DNA of 64,000 nt. It comes from Nitrospirota bacterium. GTDB lineage: Bacteria > Nitrospirota > UBA9217. A model generated the notes under the pieces. It was not told the DNA's origin, searched no databases, and saw nothing but the letters and a program-made list of their open reading frames with translations. The stretch spans positions 32,001 through 96,000 of the forward strand of contig JAOUEV010000005.1 of NCBI GenBank assembly GCA_029858565.1, in the 5' to 3' direction. A program made the translations under genes and the position numbers. Within the stretch, counting starts at the first letter, position 1. Each line of letters starts with the position of its first letter. Shown piece by piece: positions 27,645 through 37,128 of this stretch.

Positions 27645-29413
27645 GGTTTGGCTTTCTGAGGGTTCTTTTTTGGCTTCTTCGCCGGCTGGTCAGGGCTGAC
27701 GATCTTATCGGGATCGCCGAAGCCCGCTGCGCGGAACTTGTCGCGGAGCTTGGGATTCCTGGGCTCGGTCTCGAGCGACCGGATCCATTGCTTCTGCGCC
27801 TGGGTCTTTTTTCCGCGCTTCAGCAGTATATCGCCGTAATGCTCCAGCATCACCGGGTCTTCAGCCTTGGACTTTTCCATTGCCCTGGTCATGACCTCAA
27901 GGGCCTCGGCATACATGCCCTTCTGGTAATAGACCCAGGCGAGACTGTCCAGTATATAGCCGCTATCCTGCTTGATCAGCAGCGCACGCTTGATCAGCGA
28001 CAAGGCCTCATCAAGGTTCTCGCCAGCCTCTGCGTAGGTATACCCCAGATAGTTCAGAGCGTCGGCATGGTCCGGCTTTATCTCCAGTGTCTTGCGGAGC
28101 GCGGCCCGCATATCGTCTTTCTTTCCCTGCTTTTCATAGGTGATGGCCAGGGAGAAGTACAGGTCATCGCGGTCCGGGGCCATGGTGATCCCCCTGAGCA
28201 GGACCGCGGACGCTTCGGCGTATTGTTCAAGGTCCATATAGGCATCGGCAAGGTAAAGATAGAGCTCCGGCTTGCCGGGCTGTTCCTTCACCGCTTTGTC
28301 GAGGAGCGGAATAGCGTCCTGGACACGGTTCTGGCGGGCCAGGATGTATGCCGTCTGCAGGATCGCATCGGTGTCTCCTGCGTCAAGTTTGAGGATGTCG
28401 CTGTAAACGGCCCGCGCTTCGTCATAGCGGTCCTGGGCAATGAGGACCGACCCCAGATAGTGGCGGACCTTGATGTTGTCCGGGAGAGCATCGACCGCAA
28501 CCTGGAAGGCGGCCGCGGCCTCGGCATAGCGTTTTTTCTCGACGTAGATGAGACCCATCTTCACATAGGCGTCATAGTTCTTGTCGTCATCCGTCACGAT
28601 CCGCCGGAACTGGTCAAGCGCCTGGTCAAGCTCGTTCTCCTGGATCAGAAGCTGCGCCATGCGCTGCCGCAGTTCGGTATTGTGCGGATTCAGGGTCAAC
28701 GCTTTCCGGTAGGACGCAATGGCATCGGCGGTACGGCCGGTCATTTCATAGACAATGCCCATGCCCGTGTGCGCCGGTTCGAACTCATCACGTATGGATA
28801 TGGCGCGCTTGAACTCGGCAAGCGCCTCGGGAAACATCTTCCGCTCGGTGTAGATCCTGCCGATGTAGTACGGGGACATCAAAGAGGCCGGGGTCTTCTT
28901 TTCCAGGGACCGGAACGTCTCGATAGCGTCATCATATCGTTTCAGGCTCGCCAAAAGGGACCCCAGGTACAGAGCTCCCTCCTCATTGCCCGGATCGATG
29001 GCCAGGACGCGGCGATAGAGCTCCACCGCTTCGTCATACTGCCGTTTCCCCGAGCTGATGCCGGCGAGCATCAGCAGCGTCTCGGTCCGGTCCGGCGACA
29101 GTTCGATCGCCTTGCGCGCGTACCGGGCCGCGTCGTCCGTCCTTCCCCTGCGAAGCGACAGCGCGGCGAGCGAATGGGCGATATCAGCGGACCGGGGATC
29201 GAGCTGCGACGCCTTTGCATATTCGGCCATGGCATCGTCGAGCTCGCCCTGCTCCTCGAGCAAGGTTCCGTTCATGAAGTGCAGATAAGCGTCGGACTGG
29301 CGTGTTTCGGACTCATCCAGGCGGCCCTGCAGCACCTCGGGAACACGGGGAGCGGTCGCGCCGCAGGACGCAGCAAGTAGCGCGACCAGGCATATGATAG
29401 GAAATGCTTTCAT
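27641..29413 (-). CDS. TPR-repeat lipoprotein
   Basis: Lipobox AASC; many TPRs; ALNYLGY..YILDSLAWVYY..EHYGD C-terminal signature. Confidence 0.88.
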   Translation of the reverse strand: MKAFPIICLVALLAASCGATAPRVPEVLQGRLDESETRQSDAYLHFMNGTLLEEQGELDDAMAEYAKASQLDPRSADIAHSLAALSLRRGRTDDAARYARKAIELSPDRTETLLMLAGISSGKRQYDEAVELYRRVLAIDPGNEEGALYLGSLLASLKRYDDAIETFRSLEKKTPASLMSPYYIGRIYTERKMFPEALAEFKRAISIRDEFEPAHTGMGIVYEMTGRTADAIASYRKALTLNPHNTELRQRMAQLLIQENELDQALDQFRRIVTDDDKNYDAYVKMGLIYVEKKRYAEAAAAFQVAVDALPDNIKVRHYLGSVLIAQDRYDEARAVYSDILKLDAGDTDAILQTAYILARQNRVQDAIPLLDKAVKEQPGKPELYLYLADAYMDLEQYAEASAVLLRGITMAPDRDDLYFSLAITYEKQGKKDDMRAALRKTLEIKPDHADALNYLGYTYAEAGENLDEALSLIKRALLIKQDSGYILDSLAWVYYQKGMYAEALEVMTRAMEKSKAEDPVMLEHYGDILLKRGKKTQAQKQWIRSLETEPRNPKLRDKFRAAGFGDPDKIVSPDQPAKKPKKNPQKAKP

Positions 29414-29500
29414 GGTATCAGTCTAAGTGACGGTATGTCCCCTGTCAAGACAAAGAGATGATGATCTTGCGGCGGCCTGGCAGTTCGGGCGTGAAGCGGA

Positions 29501-30271
29501 TCACCGGGACCGCAGGAGTTCCCGCAGCCGTCCGAGACCCGGCTCGATATCCTCGGCATCGTGGGCTTCCAGCGTGTACACCGGACGCAGGGCATGCTCC
29601 CGCAGCAGCCCGAAGAACTTGGCGAAATCCACCGTGCCGGTCCCCGGGACCAGGTGGGAGTCGGCTGACCCGGCATTGTCGTGCAGGTGGGTCTCGATGA
29701 TATGTTTTCCCAGGCGCTGGAACCACTGCTCCATGGGTACGGATGAGAAAATGTTGAAATGGCCGGTGTCAAAACAGAACCCGAAATCGCGGTGCCCGAT
29801 CTTCTCGATCAGGAGCGCCAGCGCCTCGGGGTCCTCGTCGAACACGTTCTCCACGGCCAGACGCGTCCCGGCCTTCACCGCCGCTTCGACCACCCGCGGC
29901 CAGACCTCCATGCTGTTCTCGAGCCAGATGTCTGTCCGGCCCGCATAGCGCCACCGGTCATAGGCCGCGTGAAATACGATAACGCGCGGCCGCAGGACCG
30001 ACGCCACGCCCAGGACCTGCTTGAACCGCATCTGGGTCGCCGAGCGCACCATGCGGTCCACGGCCCCGGGATTCAGGTCCATGAAGGGAGCATGGATCGT
30101 GATCGACGGTCCCCAATCCAGGGCGTCGGCGATCAAGGCCAGGTCCCCGTGCTCCAGCTGGTCGAGCACCGACGAGGGAAAGTAGATCTCAAGATCGTAC
30201 TTCCGCTTCCGGAGCAGTTCCCGGTAGTCCTTCAGCTTGGGAAAAGGGATATGGACGTGGATGGGGTCCAT
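29501..30271 (-). CDS. Sugar phosphate isomerase/epimerase (AP endonuclease 2 / TIM barrel)
   Basis: HAPF, VEN, FDTGH, HLHDN..DSH..G.G, LE motifs. Confidence 0.88.
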   Translation of the reverse strand: MDPIHVHIPFPKLKDYRELLRKRKYDLEIYFPSSVLDQLEHGDLALIADALDWGPSITIHAPFMDLNPGAVDRMVRSATQMRFKQVLGVASVLRPRVIVFHAAYDRWRYAGRTDIWLENSMEVWPRVVEAAVKAGTRLAVENVFDEDPEALALLIEKIGHRDFGFCFDTGHFNIFSSVPMEQWFQRLGKHIIETHLHDNAGSADSHLVPGTGTVDFAKFFGLLREHALRPVYTLEAHDAEDIEPGLGRLRELLRSR

Positions 30272-30277
30272 GAGACC

Positions 30278-30562
30278 TCAGCTCTTGGATGGACAGGACC
30301 CGCCTGCGCAGCCCCCGCATGCCGCGGGTTTTGCCTCCGCTGCCGGCGCGGGAGCGGTCTCGGAGGACTTTTTCTTGTCCGCAGAAGCGTAGTCAGTTGC
30401 ATACCATCCGCTTCCCTTCAGAACAAAGGACGTGGGAGAAAGCACCTTGCGGACCGCTGAAGCATGACAGATCTGGCAGACAGTCGCCAGAGGATCGCTG
30501 AACTTCTGCATGACCTCGAACCTGCCTTTACAGGAGTCGCATTCGTATTCGTAAACCGGCAT
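30278..30562 (-). CDS. FmdB-family zinc-ribbon protein
   Basis: MPVYEYECDSC..CQIC..FVLKGSGWYATDY. Confidence 0.9.
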   Translation of the reverse strand: MPVYEYECDSCKGRFEVMQKFSDPLATVCQICHASAVRKVLSPTSFVLKGSGWYATDYASADKKKSSETAPAPAAEAKPAACGGCAGGSCPSKS

Positions 30563-30604
30563 ACCATTCACCTTCCTTCAAAACGATTGTTGCAGGGAAG
30601 GTTA

Positions 30605-30633
30605 ATTATAAACAATGCATTGGTTAAAGACAA
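30605..30633 (-). promoter_or_regulatory. Putative sigma70 promoter (leftward)
   Basis: TTGTCT-17 bp-TATAAT on the minus strand. Confidence 0.6.
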
Positions 30634-30801
30634 CATTTTTTCAGTCGCTTTTATTGATGAACAGGGCTCTTCCTAGCGATGAACCCAGGCTTGGCCGCTC
30701 TTTGTCCCAACATATTAACGCATAATTTGTGTTTACCAAGACTAATTTGCTGTTTTCTCAGGGTATTTTTCGGGTATTTTTAAAAAAAGGGGAATAGTCA
30801 C

Positions 30802-30829
30802 TTGACAACCTGGGATTTATTGCTACAAT
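30802..30829 (+). promoter_or_regulatory. Strong sigma70-type promoter for the surface lipoprotein gene
   Basis: TTGACA-16 bp-TACAAT with TG extended -10 and upstream A/T tracts. Confidence 0.65.
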
Positions 30830-31047
30830 TGACGCTGTCACGGGAAAAACCGCTGATTTGCTGCGTTCGATCGAGCTCTTTCAGTGGACGTTGATGATTT
30901 CCCTTCGCTCTTACTGTTACCTGAAAATTCACTCTATTGCAAGGAAAGGAGGGGCAGCTTCATTTCTGATTCTTTAGTTGTATCGGCATAAACAGGTTAC
31001 TATCGCATCAATTCATGGCGTTACTATTTCAACAAGGAGGAAAGACG

Positions 31048-32682
31048 ATGAAAAAGTTTTTGTATGTTACACTGGTTTTGTCTTTGATGACGTTCGGGCT
31101 CTTCGGCTGTTCTAATATGCCGACCAATTTTGCGGTAATTGAAGGAAAAGCAGCCAACCCGGGCGTGCTCTACGGCAAGGTGGTCGACTACTCGACCCGC
31201 GCCGGAGTTGCGAATGCCACGGTGTACCTGAAAGTTTCCGGCGAGTGGCGCCAGGTGAACACCAAGACGGCCACGACAACGGGCGCTGAAAATGTCGCCG
31301 GCGATTTCACCATCAACAATCTTCCGCTTGCGTCCTGCATGCAGATGGTCATCAAGACCCCCCAGGGCGCTTCCTATGTGACGTACAAGGACGACTGCGT
31401 CTGGATCGACCAGCAGGGCAACTACGAAAACCAGTCGAACTGGGAAGTGGCCTATGATTACGGCAATGTCGAAATGGTGACCGGCGTGAACTTCAGCGTT
31501 TATGTCGTCAACACTGACACGGGCAACTACGTGACCAAGTCCGACGGCAGCGCGCTCGCGATCTACAACGGCTGGTGGACCGATACCCTGGCCGACGAAA
31601 TGGCAACCCGGGACACCACTGACACGAACAAGTACACGATAATCGTTCCTCAGACGTTTGCCAACTTCCAACTTTGCACACCCGCGGTTGACACTACCGG
31701 TGATGGGATATTTGATGTGACCAGCGGCTGCGCTTTGGTTGCGAATTATAACTCATCAATGCTCACCAATGAAGGAACGCTGAACACGAACATCCTCGTA
31801 TCGAACATCAACACGTACACAGCGGTTGCCAAGGTTGCCGACAACATGGCGCCGAAGGGCGCAAATGCCGGCGGAACCACTCTTGATGTGCTCGCCAAGA
31901 CCGACAACATGAAGATCTTCTTCAACCAGCCTGTTGAGATCGCCTCGGGCGGCAACAGCCTGCGGCTGAACTACACAGACAACCTGAAGACCCTGACCGC
32001 CAATGCAGTGGTGACCGAGCTCACTGCCACGATCGCGCTCAGCTCGAGCAACACCCTGATGACCATCACGCCCTCGGCGGCGTTCATCGAGAACGAAACG
32101 TACACCTATGATGCGGACAGCGTCTCACTCCGCGCCCAATCGGCGACAAACGGCAACCAGGACACGGTGTACTCGCTTGCCAACCTTATGGGCACCAACG
32201 GTTCGTTCTACATTTATGCAACCGGCAACGGCACGATGGGCTCCACGCCTGCCCTCTCGGTTGACAATGCCAACTTCTGCAACAATAATACGGCGATCAC
32301 CACTGGCGACCCCGTAGTCTGCGCTGCCGCAGCCCCGATGCTGGTCTTCCCGGAGAACGTCTGGGGTACGGTCAGCCTGATCAGCAGGCAGTCCGGCACG
32401 ACCACGGTCACCTACGTGAACAACGCACCGGCGGCCATCACCGGCCAGGGCGCTATTTCCTACCTCGTAACACAGGCATCTACGTCCACGGCCTTCACCG
32501 GCAACACCTACGGTTACAAAGCAACCGGATCCGCGTTCCTGTTCAACCTGAACACCGCTCTCGGCACCGGAGCCATTGCTGACAACACGACCGCGGCTCC
32601 CCAGACACTGAATCTCGAAATCAATGCCTATGACGCGGAAGGCAATGTTTACCACCAGGTAGGCAGTTTCGCAGTTCAGTAA
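31048..32682 (+). CDS. Thr/Asn-rich beta-sheet surface lipoprotein (S-layer/adhesin-like, Ig-like domains)
   Basis: AAGGAGG RBS; MKKFLY..LFGC lipobox; LYGKVVD..GVANATV and IFFNQPV..LMTITP Ig-like patterns; three Cys pairs; own promoter and terminator. Confidence 0.75.
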   Translation: MKKFLYVTLVLSLMTFGLFGCSNMPTNFAVIEGKAANPGVLYGKVVDYSTRAGVANATVYLKVSGEWRQVNTKTATTTGAENVAGDFTINNLPLASCMQMVIKTPQGASYVTYKDDCVWIDQQGNYENQSNWEVAYDYGNVEMVTGVNFSVYVVNTDTGNYVTKSDGSALAIYNGWWTDTLADEMATRDTTDTNKYTIIVPQTFANFQLCTPAVDTTGDGIFDVTSGCALVANYNSSMLTNEGTLNTNILVSNINTYTAVAKVADNMAPKGANAGGTTLDVLAKTDNMKIFFNQPVEIASGGNSLRLNYTDNLKTLTANAVVTELTATIALSSSNTLMTITPSAAFIENETYTYDADSVSLRAQSATNGNQDTVYSLANLMGTNGSFYIYATGNGTMGSTPALSVDNANFCNNNTAITTGDPVVCAAAAPMLVFPENVWGTVSLISRQSGTTTVTYVNNAPAAITGQGAISYLVTQASTSTAFTGNTYGYKATGSAFLFNLNTALGTGAIADNTTAAPQTLNLEINAYDAEGNVYHQVGSFAVQ

Positions 32683-32713
32683 AATCGCATAGTGATGCGC
32701 AGGATCGCACCTC

Positions 32714-32744
32714 AGCCCCGTGGGTTTCCCACGGGGCTTTTTTT
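32714..32744 (+). terminator. Intrinsic terminator
   Basis: AGCCCCGTGGG-ttt-CCCACGGGGCT followed by a T run. Confidence 0.9.
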
Positions 32745-32887
32745 GACAACAAACTCTTGCGGCCGCTTTCGGGCGGTTTGCCTTTTATCGAAAAAAACCG
32801 TATAGTTACCATGCGCAATTTCCCGGATCATCAACCATTCCGCGGCTGCTGTATATACTCACTTTTGTCCGGAGGCCAGAACTGATC

Positions 32888-34078
32888 ATGAATCGCACAC
32901 TCCTTTCCCTGCTGACACCTCTGCTTCTGTTTTTTGCGCTGATCCTTTTCGCCCTGCAAGTCCTGTTGCCGCAGGCATCGGCCGAAAACACCGCCCCTGA
33001 ACTGACCTGGGCATGGCGGAAGAACTTCAAGAATGCGGAGCTTCATAATCTCGCCGCCGCCTGGAACGGCTCCCTCTTCGCAGTTGCGGTCACCGACAGA
33101 TCGCCGGCCAAGAATAAAGGCGAGGTGATCATCGGCGTTGACGCCGACTCCAAGGTGATCAAGGACTGGAAGATCGGAAAAAAGGTCCGGAACCTCGCTC
33201 TGGACGGCGGCGGCACCCTGCTGTTCGCGGAACTGGAGGACGGAACCTTTCACATCTACGACCATTGGAAAACGAAAACCCAGCCCATGACGCTCCCCGT
33301 CAAGGTCCGGGAAGCGATCGTCTCTCCGAAGTCCGGCCTGATCGTCGCATCAGTGGTGAATAACGACGGGACCTCTTCCCTCCGGGCTTTTTCAGGAAAA
33401 GCAAAGCAGCTCTGGAAGTATGAGAGCGTTCCGGCTGACGGATGGATGGGAATGTTCCCCTTCGCGGAAAAGGACAAGACCGTCCTCCTTGCCTCGAAAA
33501 CCGGCAAGATAACGCTTTTCGAAGATGCGAAACCGCTCTGGAGCATCGACACCGGCGGCGGGCTCAGTTCCCTTTCGTCGTCTTTTCTTCAGGGCTCGCT
33601 CATCGCCGCGGCCTCGGCAGGCGACAAGGGGTCAGTGCGGTTCTTTGACGACAAGGGAACGCAAACGGCGATGTCCGGCCTGCCGTCGGAACGCATCTCG
33701 CTCTCCTGTGCCGACGCGGGTGAAGCCTGCGCCGCCCTGACGATCAACAAGACGGACCGGGAACTGCGTTTTCTTTCCCCCCAGGGCAAGGAGCTTTGGA
33801 AGGCCCGCTTTCCAGCGGCGACCCTCGCGACCAGCGCTGTCGTGGCCGCTGACCACGCCAGAATCGTCATCACGGCAGTCGAACAGCAGGGCAAGGAATC
33901 ACTGCGCGCATGGGACGCAAAGGGGAAGGTGCTCTGGAATGCTCCCATCGAAGGCGGCATAAAGGAATGGAAGACCTCCTGGAACGGCAAAAAGATCATC
34001 GTCGTGACAAAGGACTCGCGCCTGGTCTTTTTCAACCTCGAACCGCGCAAAACCTCCGCACCGGGAGCCGGTAAATGA
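32888..34078 (+). CDS. Exported WD40/PQQ-like beta-propeller protein
   Basis: Signal peptide; repeated GK.LW blade ends (KQLWKY, KPLWSI, GKELWK, GKVLWN). Confidence 0.75.
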   Translation: MNRTLLSLLTPLLLFFALILFALQVLLPQASAENTAPELTWAWRKNFKNAELHNLAAAWNGSLFAVAVTDRSPAKNKGEVIIGVDADSKVIKDWKIGKKVRNLALDGGGTLLFAELEDGTFHIYDHWKTKTQPMTLPVKVREAIVSPKSGLIVASVVNNDGTSSLRAFSGKAKQLWKYESVPADGWMGMFPFAEKDKTVLLASKTGKITLFEDAKPLWSIDTGGGLSSLSSSFLQGSLIAAASAGDKGSVRFFDDKGTQTAMSGLPSERISLSCADAGEACAALTINKTDRELRFLSPQGKELWKARFPAATLATSAVVAADHARIVITAVEQQGKESLRAWDAKGKVLWNAPIEGGIKEWKTSWNGKKIIVVTKDSRLVFFNLEPRKTSAPGAGK

Positions 34079-34850
34079 GCGGAAGAATGCTGTTCTCCGT
34101 CGCCGGCGCCGTCTTTCTTTTCACGTTCCTTTGCTGTCCGGTCACAGGCGCTTATGCCTCGGAAAACGGCCTCCTCTGTCCGTCCTGCTCACTGGAACCG
34201 ACGCTCCATGCCGGCGTTGTGTTCGAATTTGCCGGCCATGATCGGCAGTACCGGGGATTCGAGCTTGTTGGCCGCTATGCTCCCGCGCCCTGGATGCTGT
34301 CCGCCCGGTACCGGATCGACTCCTACCGGTTTGACTACTTCGGCATGACCTGGGACACCTTTCAACAGGTCATACACAATCAGACGCTGACCGGGACCGC
34401 TCTGACGGCGTATGACGCAAAGGAGCGGAGAACGGAATCCGATGTTGCCGCGGGATACAGCCTTGCCTCGGGCAGGATCACGCTCTCCGGGGGGGGGCGC
34501 TTGCTTGATCTGGACAATGATTTCTCAAGCATGACAGCGGTCGGCCCTTGTTCAGGTTCGAAGGCAATCAGCAGACCGCGATCGGGAAATTCGAATTGGG
34601 TGCGAATATCGCCTGGTTCACGCACACCTCCGTCAGGAATATGCGCGGGTATTACGAATTTGTTCGTCCCGAGGGAGAACGCACCATTTCCTATCTCGGC
34701 GAACCCCGTTACGAGATCGGCTGGACGCTTCTTGCCAGCCCGTTCAGCGGATCCCTGAAACGGCTTTCCTTCGGCTACGACGGGTCCACGCTCGGCCTGA
34801 AGTACAATAACCGCTATTATCATGGCCTTGCCATCCGGGCGGTTTTCTAG
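34075..34850 (+). pseudogene. Outer-membrane beta-barrel-like protein split by a 1-nt frameshift (pseudogene or assembly error)
   Basis: ORF 34075 gives a signal peptide and amphipathic strands; ORF 34548-34850 continues with strands and ends YHGLAIRAVF (terminal Phe). One extra C at 34545-34547 joins them into 258 aa. Confidence 0.65.
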
Positions 34851-34943
34851 ACCCTCCTCCGGGAGATCGCCTCCTCTCTCAGTTCCAACTTATATGATTC
34901 CCTTCCTTGCATTCTCCTCTTTCCCATGGTACCCTGCCTTCCC

Positions 34944-36875
34944 ATGACCATCAGCAAGATCCTCGGCACCAGCGGCGCTGTTGCCCGGGCAATGGGCCCG
35001 GACTTCGAGGAGCGGCCGCAGCAGCTCCAGATGGCCGAAGCCGTGCTCCGGTCCCTCCAGGCGAAGAACCATCTGATCGTCGAGGCGGGCACGGGCGTGG
35101 GCAAAAGCCTCGCCTACCTCGTGCCGCTCGTGCTCTGGGCCCGCGAGGAAAACTGCCGCGTTGTGGTGGCGACGTACACCAAGGCGCTCCAGCAGCAGAT
35201 CATCCAGAAGGACATCCCCTTTCTCAAGAAAGTGCTCGGCGACTTTCGCGCGGCCCTGTGCGTGGGCGGGGAGAACTATCTCTGCCTCCGCAGGTTCGAC
35301 CAGCTCCGGATGCACGATCTCTACGAGCAGTCCGATGTGGAGCCGCTGAACCGGCTTTTCGAATGGTCCACCGGCACCAGGACCGGCCTCAGGAGCGAAC
35401 TGAACTTCGAGCCGCCTGCCGGGCTGTGGGCAAAAGCCTCGCGCGAAGCGGACCTCTGCTTTAACCGGGACTGTTCCTATTACAAGGAATGCTTTTACCA
35501 GCGGGGGAAACTGCTGGAGCAGCAGGCCCAGGTGCTTGTGGCGAACCACCATCTCTTCTTCGCGGACCTGGCGACCGGCGGCAATGTCCTGCCCCAGCAC
35601 CGCGCCGTGGTGTTCGACGAGGCACATCAGATCGAGGATGTTGCCACGGACTACCTGGGCATCGAGATCTCCAATTATTCCGTGCGCCATCTTCTCGATA
35701 ACCTGTTGAGCCAGCGGACCAGGAAAGGCCTGCTCACCCGGCTGAAGGCCCCGGGGCCGGAGGTCCAGGCCGCCCGGGAGATCGTGGACGGGCTGCGCCA
35801 GAGCGCGGAGAACTTCTTCCTGAACCTGCATGAAGTGCTTCGTCATGACCCGGTGCAGCGCGTACGGAAGCCGGACATCGTGCCGGACATCCTGAGCGAC
35901 CACCTGGCGCTGCTCAAGGACGCCCTGCTCAGCCTCACGGTGGAAACCCATGAAGAGGAACAGGAAATAAAGGCCTTTGCCGGACGCGCCGCAGGCCTCG
36001 CCGCCGCCATCCGGCACAACCTCGCCCAGAACCAGGAGGGTTTTGTGTACTGGGCCGAGCGCGAGAGCAAGCGGTACCGCCTGGTCGCTTCGCCCATCGA
36101 CATCGCGGACACGCTTCGCGAGCACCTTTTCGGCAAGCTGGACTCGGCCATCCTGACCTCGGCCACGCTTTCGTCCGCCGGTTCCTTCACCTACATCAAG
36201 GGACGGATCGGCCTGGACGAGCCGACCGAGCTTTTGCTTGATTCTCCTTTTGACTTCGAGAAGCAGGCGTTGCTCTATGTATCCCCGGGCCTCGACGACC
36301 AGCAGGCGGAAGGCTACCAGCAGCGGTTCGACCGGGAACTCCTGGCTGTTCTCGGCACCACGCGGGGACGGACCCTGGCGCTGTTCACGAGCTATGGCCA
36401 GATGAGAAAATCCGCGGAGACCGTCAGGCGGGAGTTGCCGGACATCACGATCCTGTGCCAGGGGGAAATGCCCGCCTACCGGCTGATCGAGCAGTTCAAG
36501 GAACGATCAGCAACCGTGCTCTTCGGCACTGCATCGTTCTGGCAGGGCATCGATATCCCCGGAGACGCGCTCCAATGCGTCGTGATCGCCAAGCTCCCCT
36601 TTGCCGTGCCTGACGAACCCCTGATCGAGGCGCGCATGGAGCGGCTCAAGAACCCTTTTTTCGAGTACCAGGTGCCCCAGGCCACGCTGCTCTTCCGCCA
36701 GGGATTCGGCAGGCTGATCCGGACCAAGACCGACCGGGGCGTAGTCGCGGTGCTTGATTCGCGTATTATGACCAAGAACTACGGCAAGTGGTTCCTCCGG
36801 TCCCTGCCCAAATGCAGGATCACCGACGACCGGGAGGAGTTCGCCGCTTTTTTCAGAAGCCTGCAAAAGGATTAG
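34944..36875 (+). CDS. DinG/YoaA-family ATP-dependent helicase
   Basis: ERPQQ, EAGTGVGKS, Fe-S cysteines, DEAH, TSATL, FWQGID, QGFGRLIR. Confidence 0.92.
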   Translation: MTISKILGTSGAVARAMGPDFEERPQQLQMAEAVLRSLQAKNHLIVEAGTGVGKSLAYLVPLVLWAREENCRVVVATYTKALQQQIIQKDIPFLKKVLGDFRAALCVGGENYLCLRRFDQLRMHDLYEQSDVEPLNRLFEWSTGTRTGLRSELNFEPPAGLWAKASREADLCFNRDCSYYKECFYQRGKLLEQQAQVLVANHHLFFADLATGGNVLPQHRAVVFDEAHQIEDVATDYLGIEISNYSVRHLLDNLLSQRTRKGLLTRLKAPGPEVQAAREIVDGLRQSAENFFLNLHEVLRHDPVQRVRKPDIVPDILSDHLALLKDALLSLTVETHEEEQEIKAFAGRAAGLAAAIRHNLAQNQEGFVYWAERESKRYRLVASPIDIADTLREHLFGKLDSAILTSATLSSAGSFTYIKGRIGLDEPTELLLDSPFDFEKQALLYVSPGLDDQQAEGYQQRFDRELLAVLGTTRGRTLALFTSYGQMRKSAETVRRELPDITILCQGEMPAYRLIEQFKERSATVLFGTASFWQGIDIPGDALQCVVIAKLPFAVPDEPLIEARMERLKNPFFEYQVPQATLLFRQGFGRLIRTKTDRGVVAVLDSRIMTKNYGKWFLRSLPKCRITDDREEFAAFFRSLQKD

Positions 36876-36904
36876 ACGGCAAAAAACACAGCAGATCCTT
36901 TTTT

Positions 36905-37053
36905 TCGCGCAAAGCCGCAAAGGCGCAAAGAAATTCTCCTATGAGGCGCCTAGGATACTTTTCTTCATTTGAATTGCCGGGACATTGGATGTTTTTTATC
37001 GTTTTGAACTTCGCTCGCGCCATTCTTTGCGGGCTTTGCGGCTTTGCGCGAGA
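36905..37053. repeat. MITE-like element with CGCAAAG-triplet inverted arms
   Basis: TCGCGCAAAGCCGCAAAGGCGCAAAGAA (36905-36932) versus TTCTTTGCGGGCTTTGCGGCTTTGCGCGA (37023-37051), with an AT-rich interior. Confidence 0.85.
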
Positions 37054-37128
37054 TAAAAGGTTTCGACTCTCATGTATTGAATAGTATTGCGGCAAGCAGG
37101 ACAACCCGCAGATCACGAGGAGCTTCAC

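Noticed and set aside
34489-34497. G9 tract as the cause of the beta-barrel frameshift
   Set aside because: Shifting there into the downstream frame hits TGA at 34506 and 34518, so the lesion lies further downstream.
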